Below are positions 18,773 through 29,148 of a stretch of 64,000 nucleotides of DNA, piece after piece. Each line of letters begins with the position of its first letter. The first letter of the stretch is position 1. This stretch comes from Bacteroidaceae bacterium (lineage in GTDB: Bacteria; Bacteroidota; Bacteroidia; Bacteroidales; Bacteroidaceae). The stretch covers positions 13,973 to 77,972 of the forward strand of contig JAZLLE010000063.1 of NCBI GenBank assembly GCA_045597985.1, in the 5' to 3' direction. The notes below the pieces were generated by a model. The model had not been told where the DNA came from and searched no databases. It saw nothing but the letters and a program-made list of their open reading frames with translations. The position numbers and the translations under genes were made by a program.

Positions 18773-19134
18773 GGAGATTTGTTCCATTACTCGCCGTGAC
18801 TGTGATGTGTCTGGCCTCCTGCACAGGCCGCTCATCGGGTATAAGGCTGCGCCGAGACACCGTCAGTGTAGGTAGTGTTCATCTGGGAGATACCGCAAAG
18901 GCCCGCTTCACGGTTATAAACAGGACAGACGGCACAGTATCGGTAACGATTATGCCGGAGTGCGACTGCACGGCCGTTACGCCGGAGAATCTGGTGTTGC
19001 CGCCACACTCCCGTGGCAGAGTCTGTGCGCACATCACAACAGATACGCCAGGATCATTTACGAAATATGTGTTCCTGCAAAGCGATGACAATAATGATTT
19101 CCTAACCCTTACGGTAAACGGTGAAGTATGGTAA
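18769..19134 (+). CDS. DUF1573-domain lipoprotein
   Basis: A 121 aa ORF with lipobox LASC and a DUF1573-like beta-sandwich pattern (GSVHLGDTAKARFTVINRTDGTVSVT..CDCT). Its ATG overlaps the upstream stop (ATGA). Confidence 0.75.
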   Translation: MRRFVPLLAVTVMCLASCTGRSSGIRLRRDTVSVGSVHLGDTAKARFTVINRTDGTVSVTIMPECDCTAVTPENLVLPPHSRGRVCAHITTDTPGSFTKYVFLQSDDNNDFLTLTVNGEVW

Positions 19135-19272
19135 CCTCAAAATACGATCTAAAAGGACACTCTGACAGAATATCAACAAGCACAACGTTAATTGTAGTGA
19201 AATTGCGACATTTGTGACGAAAATATCACTATAATGTCACGGCAAATCCTTGTTGTATATACTGTTTTGCGC

Positions 19273-19280
19273 TACCTTTG
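19273..19280 (+). promoter_or_regulatory. -7 promoter box TACCTTTG upstream of the efflux operon
   Basis: Fits TAnnTTTG. It lies inside the long version of the ORF (19278 start), which supports the ATG at 19338 as the real start. Confidence 0.45.
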
Positions 19281-19337
19281 GCACTTGTAACAATGGCAGA
19301 GCATCAATATGCCAGTCCGCCTTATTACAACGGGACA

Positions 19338-20867
19338 ATGAGAAAAATACTTATCACTACCGCACTGCTGATTGCGGTGCTCAGCAGCGGTCAGGCATCG
19401 CTTCAGGCACAAGGCACCACTCAGCCTGAGATGGCCGGACAGACGGTTATCGGGCCCAGGATACTCTCTATGGAGGATGTGATACGCCTGGCGCAGGAGA
19501 ACTCCATATCGGCTATGACCAACCGCAACATCTTTGCGGCATCGTACTGGCAGTACCGCTCGTTCAAGGCACAGTATCTGCCGTCGCTCAACCTGAACGG
19601 AAATCTGGCAAACTTCAACCGCTCGCTCATCACGCTTCAGGACTACAACACCGGAGCCATACGATATGCCGAGAACTACAATATGTCCAACGACCTGACG
19701 CTGTCCATCCGCCAGAACATAGCGCTGACGGGAGGTACGCTGTCGCTCTCCACATCGTTGCAGAGGCTGGACCAGTTCGGCCAGCAACGGCTTACCAACT
19801 GGTACGCGCAGCCCATATACCTCTCTTATATGCAGCAGCTGTGGGGCTACAACTCGCTCAAGTGGGATAAGAAGACCGAGCCGCAGAACTACGAGATAGC
19901 CAAGCGCCAGTACCTGGAGAATATGGAGAGCGTTACCATAAGCGCGGCCGACTGCTTCTGGAACCTTAACGCCGCCAAGGTGAGTTACGAGAACGCACTG
20001 CAGAGCTTCGAGGAGAGCAGGCGCCTGTACAAGGCCGCCCAGACCCGTTTCCAGATGGGCACCATCACACGCGACAACCTGCTGCAGCTTGAGCTCAGGA
20101 TGCTGAACGACTCACTTGCCATACAGAGCCAGAAGGTAAGCCTTCGCTCAGCGCAGAACACCCTGTGCTCATACATCGGCTATCAGGAGGACACCGAGCT
20201 GACCCTTACTATCAGCTACGCCATTCCTGACATTCTGCTCAATTACGATGAGGTTCTTGAGAAAGCCCTTGAGAACTCATCGTTCAACCTCTCGCAAGAG
20301 GTATCAAAGGTTGAGGCTGAGCGCAGTGTGGCGCAGGCCAAGGCCAACCGTGGCATCTCCGCATCGGTCAACGCGCGCTTCGGACTGTCCAACGACGGCG
20401 ATACCTTCAACAAGGCATTCATCGGGCTGAAGGACCAGGAGGTTGTAGGTGTGAGTTTCTCAGTGCCTATCGCCGACTGGGGGCTTGGCGAGGGGCGCGT
20501 GAAGATGGCCAAGGCTCAGGCCGAGACACAGAAAAGCCGTCTTGAGCAGTCTCTGGCCGACTACCGTCAGAACCTTTTCGTGCAGGTGATGCAGTTCAAC
20601 AATCAGCGCAGCCAGTGCGAGATATCGAAGCGTGCCGCACAGATTGCCGAGGAGAGCTATGAGCTGGCGCTTCGTAACTTTGGCAGTGGAGCAATGTCCG
20701 TAACCGACCTGAACCAGCTGCAGAGCAACCGCGACAACGCCCGCAACACATACGAGAACAACATCCGCAGTTTCTGGAGCCAGTACTTCAACCTGCGCAA
20801 GACCACATTATATGATTTTATCTCAGGCACTGACATAAGCGCCGAATTTGACAGAATAGTAAAATGA
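19338..20867 (+). CDS. TolC-family outer membrane efflux protein
   Basis: Signal peptide MRKILITTALLIAVLSSGQASLQAQ and two OEP-type repeats (coiled-coil-rich, LSLEDVIRLA-type start). It is the first gene of an operon with MFP and RND genes. Confidence 0.85.
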   Translation: MRKILITTALLIAVLSSGQASLQAQGTTQPEMAGQTVIGPRILSMEDVIRLAQENSISAMTNRNIFAASYWQYRSFKAQYLPSLNLNGNLANFNRSLITLQDYNTGAIRYAENYNMSNDLTLSIRQNIALTGGTLSLSTSLQRLDQFGQQRLTNWYAQPIYLSYMQQLWGYNSLKWDKKTEPQNYEIAKRQYLENMESVTISAADCFWNLNAAKVSYENALQSFEESRRLYKAAQTRFQMGTITRDNLLQLELRMLNDSLAIQSQKVSLRSAQNTLCSYIGYQEDTELTLTISYAIPDILLNYDEVLEKALENSSFNLSQEVSKVEAERSVAQAKANRGISASVNARFGLSNDGDTFNKAFIGLKDQEVVGVSFSVPIADWGLGEGRVKMAKAQAETQKSRLEQSLADYRQNLFVQVMQFNNQRSQCEISKRAAQIAEESYELALRNFGSGAMSVTDLNQLQSNRDNARNTYENNIRSFWSQYFNLRKTTLYDFISGTDISAEFDRIVK

Positions 20868-21952
20868 GAGCAAGAATTCTGATGCTGGCGGCACTGACAG
20901 TGATGGCCGCGGCGGGATGTAAGGAGAAGGGCAACAGCAACGCCGAGTCGGAGGATATGGCCGGAATGGCCCGTCAGGACTACTCCGTAGAGAAGAATCA
21001 GGTTACCGTACAGAAACTCGAGTACCGCACCTTCCACAAGCAGCTTATTTGCAACGGCCGTGTGCAGGCCGCCGAGAAGAGCAAGATATCATTCCAGGCC
21101 AACGGCACAGTTGCAAAGATAAATGTCCGCGAGGGTCAGGCCGTAAGCAAGGGTCAGATACTGGCATCACTTGACAAGACACAGCTGAGAGAGCAGTATG
21201 AGTCTGCCAAGCTAGCCTTCGAGAAGGCCAAGATGACTCTCTCCGACCGTCTGCTGGACTATGGCTACACCATTGCCGACACAGCCAACATACCGGCCGA
21301 TGTGAGGCGCGCCATCTATATCAACACCGGTTTCTCCGACTCAGAGATGGCTTACCGCCGTGCCAGCCGCGACTACGGGAACTCAGACCTCAAGGCCCCG
21401 TTCGCCGGCAAGATAGCCAGCATCACAGCCAAGGAGTACGAGCCGTCGGGCGCCTTCTGCACCCTCATAGCTGACCAGACCCTCGATGTGATATTCAGCA
21501 TCCTTGAGACCGAGTACAAGTTCATGCGCGTAGGTCAGGCAATAACCATCACCCCGTTCGTTGACGAGGACATCGCACTGAACGGCACAATCACCTCTAT
21601 CAACCCCACAGTGGAGCAGAACGGCCAGATACAGGTAATGGCAAAGGTACGCAACAACGGCAGTCTGTTGGACGGTATGAACGTGCGCATCATCGTAGAG
21701 AACGACCTGCCCCACCAGCTGGTTGTAAACAAGAGCGCCGTACTGATTCGCGACAATCAGGAGGTTCTGTTCCGCTACATTGATGGCAAGAGCGTCTGGA
21801 CATACGTCAACATCGTGATGAGCAACAGCACCGAGCACGTCGTAGCCCCAAACACCGACCGTGGCGGCGACCTCAACCCCGGCGACCTTATCATCGTCTC
21901 CGGCAACCTCAACCTAGGTGACGACACCCCAGTTGAACTGCTGGAAGAATAA
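20864..21952 (+). CDS. Efflux RND transporter periplasmic adaptor (MFP/HlyD family) lipoprotein
   Basis: Lipobox AAAGC, a biotinyl-lipoyl-like hairpin (GTVAKINVREGQAVSKGQILASLD) and a beta-barrel C-terminal domain. It has an ATGA overlap with the TolC-like gene. Confidence 0.85.
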   Translation: MRARILMLAALTVMAAAGCKEKGNSNAESEDMAGMARQDYSVEKNQVTVQKLEYRTFHKQLICNGRVQAAEKSKISFQANGTVAKINVREGQAVSKGQILASLDKTQLREQYESAKLAFEKAKMTLSDRLLDYGYTIADTANIPADVRRAIYINTGFSDSEMAYRRASRDYGNSDLKAPFAGKIASITAKEYEPSGAFCTLIADQTLDVIFSILETEYKFMRVGQAITITPFVDEDIALNGTITSINPTVEQNGQIQVMAKVRNNGSLLDGMNVRIIVENDLPHQLVVNKSAVLIRDNQEVLFRYIDGKSVWTYVNIVMSNSTEHVVAPNTDRGGDLNPGDLIIVSGNLNLGDDTPVELLEE

Positions 21953-21990
21953 GGAATGTTAGTAAAAACCTGATTATAATGATTACGGAG

Positions 21991-22185
21991 TTTTGTCGTA
22001 GAGGCTGCGGGACTATCCCCGGAGCGGCGTCAGGCGAGGTAGCTCAGATGGCCGTCAAGAACGCCGGTGTCTGAGCTGCGTTAGGCGCGCGAGGCGTGAC
22101 TAAAAGCTGCGAGTTCGGCGTTTAGGTCATCTGAGCGTAAGCGAGTAGCCGCGCAGGTAATAGCCCCGCAGCCTCTACGACAAAA
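21991..22185. repeat. ~195 bp imperfect palindrome (MITE/REP-like or structured RNA element) between the MFP and RND genes
   Basis: Perfect 21-bp terminal inverted repeats: TTTTGTCGTAGAGGCTGCGGG (21991-22011) and CCCGCAGCCTCTACGACAAAA (22165-22185). Further complementary blocks lie inside (GCTCAGATG/CATCTGAGC, AACGCCG/CGGCGTT). Confidence 0.7.
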
Positions 22186-22231
22186 CGGACAGAAAGCAAT
22201 TTCTGTTAAAACGGACAGGAAGCAATAATAT

Positions 22232-25200
22232 ATGTTCAAAGGATTGATAAAGCGGCCCATTGCCGTAATAATGATACTGATAGCAGTGATGGTGCTCGGC
22301 ATCGTCTCCATCAGGATGCTGCCCGTATCACTCGTGCCAGACATAGACATCCCACAGATAACCGTACAGGTATCATCGCCCAATATGTCCGCCCGCGAGC
22401 TCAACGAGACCCGCATCAACGGCCTCCGTGGAGAGCTGGTACAGGTGCCCGACCTTGAGAGCATCATCTGCGAGACCAAAGACGGCAACGGAGTCATCAC
22501 GATGACCTTCAAGTACGGCACCGACGCCGACTACATCTTTATGGATGTGAACGAGCGCATAGACCGCGCCACCGGCGGCTGGCCACAGAGCGAGGACCGC
22601 CCCACCGTGATGCGAGCCAGCGCCACCGACATACCAGCATTCTTCGTGAACGTGACCCTGAAAGACGATTTCGACCAGACCTCCAACCGCTTCCTTGAGA
22701 TGAGCGACTTCACCCGTCAGGTAATAGTGCGCCGTTTTGAGCAGCTGCCCGAGGTGGCAATGGTGGATATCACCGGACAGGTCTTCCCCGAGATGCTCAT
22801 AGTGCCCGATATGGAGACACTCAACGCCCTCGGCATCACCGAGACCGAGCTTGAGAACGCCATCAACGGAGCCAACGTACAGCTTGGCAACCTGTCCATA
22901 CGCGACGGCGAGTACCGCTTCAACGTACGCTTCGAGTCGCGCATCCTCACCGTTCAGGACATAATGGATGTATATCTGAACATCCACGGGCGAGTATTCC
23001 AGATAAAAGACCTGGCAGAGGTGCGCGAGCAGCCGCAGGTTCGCAAGGGAATGGCCACGTCCGACGGCAAGCCCACCATCACCCTGGCCGTAATCAAACG
23101 CACGGAATCGAAGATGGCCGACCTCAGGAAAGGAGTGAGGGAACTTACCGAGGCATTTGCCACAGACTATCCCGATATGGAGTTCCAGATTACCCGCGAC
23201 CAGACCGAGCTTCTGGACTACTCCATCAACAATATGGTGAGCAACCTGCTCTTCGGCGCGCTCTTCGCCTGCCTCATCATATTTTTCTTCATGCAGGACT
23301 TCAAGTCACCGCTTCTGGTGGTGATAACCATACCTACGGCACTCATAATGTCATTTATGATGTTCTACGTGCTGCACATCTCCATCAACGTGATATCACT
23401 GTCCGGACTGGTGCTTGGACTTGGTATGATGGTGGATAACTCCATAATTGTGATAGACAACATCACCCAGCGGTGGGGTAAGGGCGAGCCCTTGGAGATA
23501 GCCTGTGTGCAGGGCTCACAGGAGGTATTCGGGCCGATGTTCAGCTCCGTGCTCACCACCTGCGCCATATTCGTGCCGCTTGTCTTTATGAGCGGAATAG
23601 CCGGAGCGCTCTTCTATGACCAGGCCATTGCTGTAACCATCACGCTTTTCGCCGCACTGCTGGTATCGGTGCTGGTCATTCCCGTATTCTACTATCAGCT
23701 GTATCGCAAGAGCCCATGCCTCATACCCAACAAGCTCATATCCAGGATAAGCGTTGGCAATATGACCGTAGGCTACGACAACCTGCTCAAGTGGTTCTTC
23801 CGCCGCAGAGGCGTTATGTGGGGTATCTTCGGCGCATCGGTGCTGCTGATAGGCGTGATCTTCACCAACATCGGCAAGGAGCGTCTGCCGCAGATGTCGC
23901 ACAACGACACGCTGCTCAAGATAGAGTGGAACCAGCGCGTCACCGCCGAGGAGAACAGCCGCCGCTGCAACGAGCTGGTCAATGAGTTTGACCAGCTGGT
24001 GGAGCAATCCACCGTAATGGCAGGCGTGCAGCAGTTCGTACTCTCGCATACCGGCGACATAGGCCCGTCCGAGGCTGTAATCTATATGAAAACCGCATCC
24101 ACACGCGATGTGAGGAGACTGGAGAAGGAGGTGTCTGACTATATGCGCTCACACTGGCCCAAGGCGGTGTTCAGCTGCAAGGCGTCGGGAAACCTGTTCG
24201 ATATGATATTCGCCGACAAGGAGGCCACCCTGACCGCGCATATCCGCGTGTCCGACGGCTCCACCCCCGAGCCCGCACAGCTCAACGAGCTGCTGGAGAA
24301 GCTTCGCAAGGCATTGCCCGGTGTCTATATCAGGCCGGCCGAGTGGAACGAGTACATAGAGATGGTCACAGACCCTGAGAAGCTGGCACTGTACGGAGTG
24401 TCGTACGGCCAGGTGCTGAGCTATCTGCAGCAGTCATTGGGCGACAACTCAGTGATGCGCGTGGCCAAAGGCAGCCAGTCCGTGCCGGTAATCATCGGCA
24501 CAGACAGGAAACAGGCCGACGACCTTATCCAGAACAACTATGTCAGGACATCAGACGGGGGCAAGGTGCCGCTTGAGATACTGCTCAAGGAGAACCGCAA
24601 CCGCGATCTGAAGAACATTACGAGCGGTGTGGAGGGCGAGTATTACCGTCTGGAGCTGGAGCCGTCCAGGAAAGAGATCAAGAGCACAATGGCCACAATA
24701 AAGAAGATTGTCCGGCAGGACGAGCGCTTTGAGGTGGATTTCGCAGGCTCATACTTCTCCAACCGCACTATGGTCAAGGAGCTGTGCCTGGTACTGCTTA
24801 TCTCAGTGCTGCTGCTCTTCTTCATACTTGCGGCACAGTTCGAGTCGCTCATCCAGCCCTGCATCATAATGTCAGAGCTTGTAATAGACATCTTCGCGGC
24901 ACTTGCCGTGCTGTTCATCTGCGGTGAGACGCTGAACCTTATGTCAATGATAGGCATCGTGGTGATGAGCGGTATCGTAATCAACGACTCAATCCTGAAG
25001 GTTGACACCATCAACCGCCTCAGGCAGAGCGGAATGGAGCTGAAGCACGCCATATTCGAGGCCGGCAGCCGACGTCTGAAAGCCATACTTATGACATCGC
25101 TCACCACAATACTGGCCATAGCCCCGTTCCTGGTTCGCGGCAATATGGGAAGCGACCTGCAGTACCCGCTGTCGCTGGCGCTCATTAGCGGTATGATAGC

Positions 25201-25288
25201 CGGAACATTCGTCAGCGTATTCTTTGTGCCTCTGTGCTACTATGCTATTGAGATGCGCAGGGAGAGACGTGGCAAATCAGCCAAATGA
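22232..25288 (+). CDS. RND efflux permease (AcrB/MdtB-like), first of two tandem copies
   Basis: A 1018 aa ORF with the 12-TM plus two large periplasmic loop organisation and an N-terminus FIKRPIAVIMILIAVMVLG typical of ACR_tran proteins. Confidence 0.9.
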   Translation: MFKGLIKRPIAVIMILIAVMVLGIVSIRMLPVSLVPDIDIPQITVQVSSPNMSARELNETRINGLRGELVQVPDLESIICETKDGNGVITMTFKYGTDADYIFMDVNERIDRATGGWPQSEDRPTVMRASATDIPAFFVNVTLKDDFDQTSNRFLEMSDFTRQVIVRRFEQLPEVAMVDITGQVFPEMLIVPDMETLNALGITETELENAINGANVQLGNLSIRDGEYRFNVRFESRILTVQDIMDVYLNIHGRVFQIKDLAEVREQPQVRKGMATSDGKPTITLAVIKRTESKMADLRKGVRELTEAFATDYPDMEFQITRDQTELLDYSINNMVSNLLFGALFACLIIFFFMQDFKSPLLVVITIPTALIMSFMMFYVLHISINVISLSGLVLGLGMMVDNSIIVIDNITQRWGKGEPLEIACVQGSQEVFGPMFSSVLTTCAIFVPLVFMSGIAGALFYDQAIAVTITLFAALLVSVLVIPVFYYQLYRKSPCLIPNKLISRISVGNMTVGYDNLLKWFFRRRGVMWGIFGASVLLIGVIFTNIGKERLPQMSHNDTLLKIEWNQRVTAEENSRRCNELVNEFDQLVEQSTVMAGVQQFVLSHTGDIGPSEAVIYMKTASTRDVRRLEKEVSDYMRSHWPKAVFSCKASGNLFDMIFADKEATLTAHIRVSDGSTPEPAQLNELLEKLRKALPGVYIRPAEWNEYIEMVTDPEKLALYGVSYGQVLSYLQQSLGDNSVMRVAKGSQSVPVIIGTDRKQADDLIQNNYVRTSDGGKVPLEILLKENRNRDLKNITSGVEGEYYRLELEPSRKEIKSTMATIKKIVRQDERFEVDFAGSYFSNRTMVKELCLVLLISVLLLFFILAAQFESLIQPCIIMSELVIDIFAALAVLFICGETLNLMSMIGIVVMSGIVINDSILKVDTINRLRQSGMELKHAIFEAGSRRLKAILMTSLTTILAIAPFLVRGNMGSDLQYPLSLALISGMIAGTFVSVFFVPLCYYAIEMRRERRGKSAK

Positions 25289-28200
25289 CAATGGAGCAGA
25301 CAGAGAATAAGAGAAAAGGATTGTCATCGTTCTCCGTCATCCTGGTGATGATGGTCTTTATGGTGGTTGGCGCCGGCATCCTGCCGATGCTCAACATCCA
25401 GTACTCTCCGCGCCAGGAGATGCAGTCTCTGTACGCATATATCAATTATCCGAATGCCTCCGCCCGCGTGGTTGAGTCGGAGGCTACATCGCTCGTGGAG
25501 GGAGCGCTCAGCTCACTTGAGGGAGTGACCGACGTACGCGCATCGTCATACAATAACGGCGGAAACGTGAATGTAGAGTTCAAGAAGGGCACCAATATGA
25601 AATCAGTGCGCTTCGAGGCCGCCACCAAGCTGCGTCAATTGCGCAAGTCTCTGCCCGAGGGGGCCAGCGTGGGGCTGAGCGGCTCGGTATCGGGAAGCGA
25701 AGGCTCGCAGACCATTCTCGCATATACCATCAATGCCGACATGCCGGCAGACCGCATAGTGGATTATGCTGAGAAGCACATCCGCACTCCGCTCTCCAGA
25801 ATAGAGGGTGTGGAGAGCGTCAGCACCTCGGGAGCATCACCGTTCGAGTGGGCGGTCACCTTCGACCCGAACTCGCTCCGTGCTGTCGGACTGTCTCCAA
25901 GTGACCTGAGCAGCGCCTTCAGCCAGCATTTCCAGAACAACATCGTAGGCACTTTTCTCAAGGACAACGACCTGATGCTGGTGCGCCTGCGCTCCACCTC
26001 GCTCGACTGCGCCCTTGAGGATATACCAATACGCAAGGTGAACGGCCGTATGTACTTCTTGGGCGATTTCGCAACCGTCAAGTACCAGGAGCAGCCGCCT
26101 GGCTCATACCGCAGGATCAACGGACTGAACACCATAGACATCTATGTGGATGCCGAGGAAGGCATCAATACAATAAAAGTGGCCGCCGCCGTGAAGGAAA
26201 AGATGGAGGAGTTGAGGCAGACTTTCCCCGAGAACTTCACCATCCGTATGACCCACGACGCATCGGTATCCCTGAACAACGAGATTCACAAGATATTCTT
26301 CCGCGCCATAATGTCGCTGCTCTTCCTGCTGCTGTTCGTGCTGCTGGTAAGCCGCAGTTTCCGCTATTTAGCCATCATCGGGCTTACCATCACCGTAAAC
26401 CTGCTCTCGGCGGTTATCTTCTACTGGCTGCTCAACATTGACATTGAGCTGTACTCAATGGCCGGAATAACAGTCTCGCTCGGCATCATCATCGACACCG
26501 CCATAGTGATGGCAGACCACTTCACCTACTACCACAACCGTAAGGTGATGACCTCCATAGCCGGGGCCCTGCTCACCACCATAGCGGCCCTGCTCATAAT
26601 ATTCTTCCTGCCGGAGCAGACACGCGCCAACCTGACGAACTTTGTCTGGGTAATCATTATCAACCTTACGCTCTCAATGATTGTGGCGTTCCTTTTCGTA
26701 CCGGCGCTTTTGGACAAGATTCCTCTCAAATCGAGAGGCGTGGCCCGCCACACCACCCGCGTAAAGCGTCTGGTAGTCAGGTGGAGCAACTGGTATGAGC
26801 GCCTCATCGTGTGGGGCAGAGCGCACAGATGGGTATTCATCGTACTGCTAATCTGGCTGTTCGGTGTTCCAATACATCTGCTTCCATCCAACGTACACCA
26901 TAAGGATAACTATTATGATACCCAGGGCGGCCTTGTAGGACTCTACAACAAGACCATCGGCGGCAAGTGGTATCAGAAGAACAGACAGATTTTCGAGTAC
27001 GTGCTGGGCGGCTCGTTCAACATATTCTCCAAGAACCTCAACTCAGGCTCATTCTACAGGAACCCCGAGGAGGAGCTGAACAAGAGGCTCGATGTGAGCG
27101 CGCAGATGGCCGAGGGCTGCACCGCGCAGCAGATGAACGAGATAATCAGCGCTATGGAGAACTGGCTGAGCCAGTTTGACGGCATAGAGATGTTCCAATC
27201 ATCAGTGAGCGGCAACAACGGAAGCATCTCCATCACCTTTGACAAGGAGGCTGGAAGGACCCGTCTTCCATACGAGCTGAAGCAGAAGCTGTGGGCCAAG
27301 GCAATGAGCTACGGAGGAGCCACCTGGTCGGTAAGCGCGCTTGACCCCGATGACAATTACCTGAGCAACAGCGTGTACCGCTCTTCGTGGAGCCACACCA
27401 TCTCACTCTACGGCTACAACTACGACATCCTGTACCGCTATGCCGGCGAGCTGCGCGACAGCCTGCTCGCACGCAAGCGCGTATCGGCGGCCGACATAGC
27501 AGGCTCGTGGGGCAATATGCCGTCAAGCGAGTTCTTCCTTGATATGGACCGCAAGAGAATAGCCCTTCAGGGACTCAACGTAAGCCAGTATTTCGGATAT
27601 CTGACCGAGCAGCTGTACGACAACGGCGTAGGCTCCATCTTTAATGGCGAGAAGAACATTCCCGTTCAGCTCACCTCATCAGAGAAGGACTATTACGACC
27701 TGTGGCACATCAACAACGATATGATTGACATAGACAGTGCCAAGATACGACTGAACGACCTGGGCTCCATAACCAAGCGGCGCACCGGCGTAGGCATAGA
27801 GCGCCACAATCAGGAATACGTGGTATCGGTAGGCTACGACTTTGTGGGCTCATACGAGCTGGCCGGCCGTATGAACGAGGAGCTGACAAAGACGTTCAAC
27901 CAGAAGATGCCTCTTGGATTCCACGTAGGCAATGACGACGGGTACTGGTGGGGCAGTCAGGAGAAAAGGCAGCAGGCCTTGCTTCTGTTCATAGTAGCAA
28001 TAATCATCTATATGATTTGCGCCACTATGTTCGAGTCACTACACAAGCCGCTCTCCATAATAGTAATGATACCTTTGGGACTCATAGGGCTCTTCCTTGC
28101 TTTCCCAATCTTCGGAGTCACCTTCGACCAGGGCGGATATGCCGCAATGGTGATGCTCTGCGGTATCGTGGTCAACGCCAGCATTTACCTGATAAGCGAG

Positions 28201-28479
28201 TACAACACCGTAACCAAATCGCGCTACACCGACGCTCCTGTCACGGAGCGGCAGAACATACGCTATTGGGTGAAGGCATACAACCGCAAGATAATCCCCA
28301 CCCTGCTCACCATCATATCAACAGTGCTGGGTCTTATCCCGTTCCTGTTCGACGGCAAGGAGGGCAGCTACTTCTGGTATGCCTTCGCCATCGGCGTGAT
28401 AGGCGGAATGATATTCTCCATCATAGCCCTGGTGTTCTTTATGCCGGTGTTCGTACCGCTCAAAAAACGTAATCAATAG
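25285..28479 (+). CDS. RND efflux permease, second tandem copy (MdtC-like partner)
   Basis: A 1064 aa ORF with RND topology. It has an ATGA overlap with the preceding permease. Confidence 0.9.
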   Translation: MTMEQTENKRKGLSSFSVILVMMVFMVVGAGILPMLNIQYSPRQEMQSLYAYINYPNASARVVESEATSLVEGALSSLEGVTDVRASSYNNGGNVNVEFKKGTNMKSVRFEAATKLRQLRKSLPEGASVGLSGSVSGSEGSQTILAYTINADMPADRIVDYAEKHIRTPLSRIEGVESVSTSGASPFEWAVTFDPNSLRAVGLSPSDLSSAFSQHFQNNIVGTFLKDNDLMLVRLRSTSLDCALEDIPIRKVNGRMYFLGDFATVKYQEQPPGSYRRINGLNTIDIYVDAEEGINTIKVAAAVKEKMEELRQTFPENFTIRMTHDASVSLNNEIHKIFFRAIMSLLFLLLFVLLVSRSFRYLAIIGLTITVNLLSAVIFYWLLNIDIELYSMAGITVSLGIIIDTAIVMADHFTYYHNRKVMTSIAGALLTTIAALLIIFFLPEQTRANLTNFVWVIIINLTLSMIVAFLFVPALLDKIPLKSRGVARHTTRVKRLVVRWSNWYERLIVWGRAHRWVFIVLLIWLFGVPIHLLPSNVHHKDNYYDTQGGLVGLYNKTIGGKWYQKNRQIFEYVLGGSFNIFSKNLNSGSFYRNPEEELNKRLDVSAQMAEGCTAQQMNEIISAMENWLSQFDGIEMFQSSVSGNNGSISITFDKEAGRTRLPYELKQKLWAKAMSYGGATWSVSALDPDDNYLSNSVYRSSWSHTISLYGYNYDILYRYAGELRDSLLARKRVSAADIAGSWGNMPSSEFFLDMDRKRIALQGLNVSQYFGYLTEQLYDNGVGSIFNGEKNIPVQLTSSEKDYYDLWHINNDMIDIDSAKIRLNDLGSITKRRTGVGIERHNQEYVVSVGYDFVGSYELAGRMNEELTKTFNQKMPLGFHVGNDDGYWWGSQEKRQQALLLFIVAIIIYMICATMFESLHKPLSIIVMIPLGLIGLFLAFPIFGVTFDQGGYAAMVMLCGIVVNASIYLISEYNTVTKSRYTDAPVTERQNIRYWVKAYNRKIIPTLLTIISTVLGLIPFLFDGKEGSYFWYAFAIGVIGGMIFSIIALVFFMPVFVPLKKRNQ

Positions 28480-28482
28480 AGT

Positions 28483-29064
28483 ATGCTGCAAATTCAAGAC
28501 GTAATAGTATCGTTCGACGTGCTGACCAAATGCTTCAGTTGCGATTTATCGGCCTGCAAGGGGGCCTGCTGCATCGAGGGCGACGCAGGCGCGCCTGTCA
28601 CACCAGAGGAAATCGCACAGATTGAGGAGCTTCTGCCGGAGATATGGGACGAACTCTCCATTGAGGCCCGCGGGGTCATCAACAGACAGGGAGTGGCCTA
28701 CTCCGACCCTGAGGGCGAGCTTGTCACATCCATTGTGAATGGCAAGGACTGTGTCTTCACCTGCTACGGAGATGACGGCTGCTGCTATTGCGCCATAGAG
28801 AAGGCCTTCCGCGAGGGACGCTGCAAGTTCAAGAAACCCGTATCATGCCACCTTTACCCCATCCGCGTGAGTAAGACAGGCGATTACTATGCTTTGAACT
28901 ATGACCGCTGGGATGTATGCCGCGCCGCCGTACTGAAAGGCGAGGCCGAGGGAATGCCCATCTACAAGTACCTGCGCGAGCCCCTGATAAGGCGCTTCGG
29001 CCAGGCCTGGTACGATGAGCTTGACCTCACCATAGGCGAGCTCAAGCGCCAGGGCATCATCTGA
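28483..29064 (+). CDS. DUF3109-family Cys-rich protein
   Basis: A 193 aa ORF with CFSCDLSACKGACCIEGDAGAP and later CxC/CYC clusters typical of DUF3109. It starts 3 nt after the RND stop. Confidence 0.75.
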   Translation: MLQIQDVIVSFDVLTKCFSCDLSACKGACCIEGDAGAPVTPEEIAQIEELLPEIWDELSIEARGVINRQGVAYSDPEGELVTSIVNGKDCVFTCYGDDGCCYCAIEKAFREGRCKFKKPVSCHLYPIRVSKTGDYYALNYDRWDVCRAAVLKGEAEGMPIYKYLREPLIRRFGQAWYDELDLTIGELKRQGII

Positions 29065-29148
29065 CAAGAACGGAGTTGTTTCTGTTGGCTGTAGCAAGTG
29101 GTGGGAAGAGGTCGCATCTAAAACCGCATCGGTTTGGCTTCGGAGGCC

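Noticed and set aside
22373-25185. Minus-strand ORFs of 204, 177 and 180 aa (22373-22987, 23516-24049, 24643-25185), plus several smaller ones.
   Set aside because: They lie antisense within the RND permease gene. They are typical GC-rich shadow frames with no start context or motifs.
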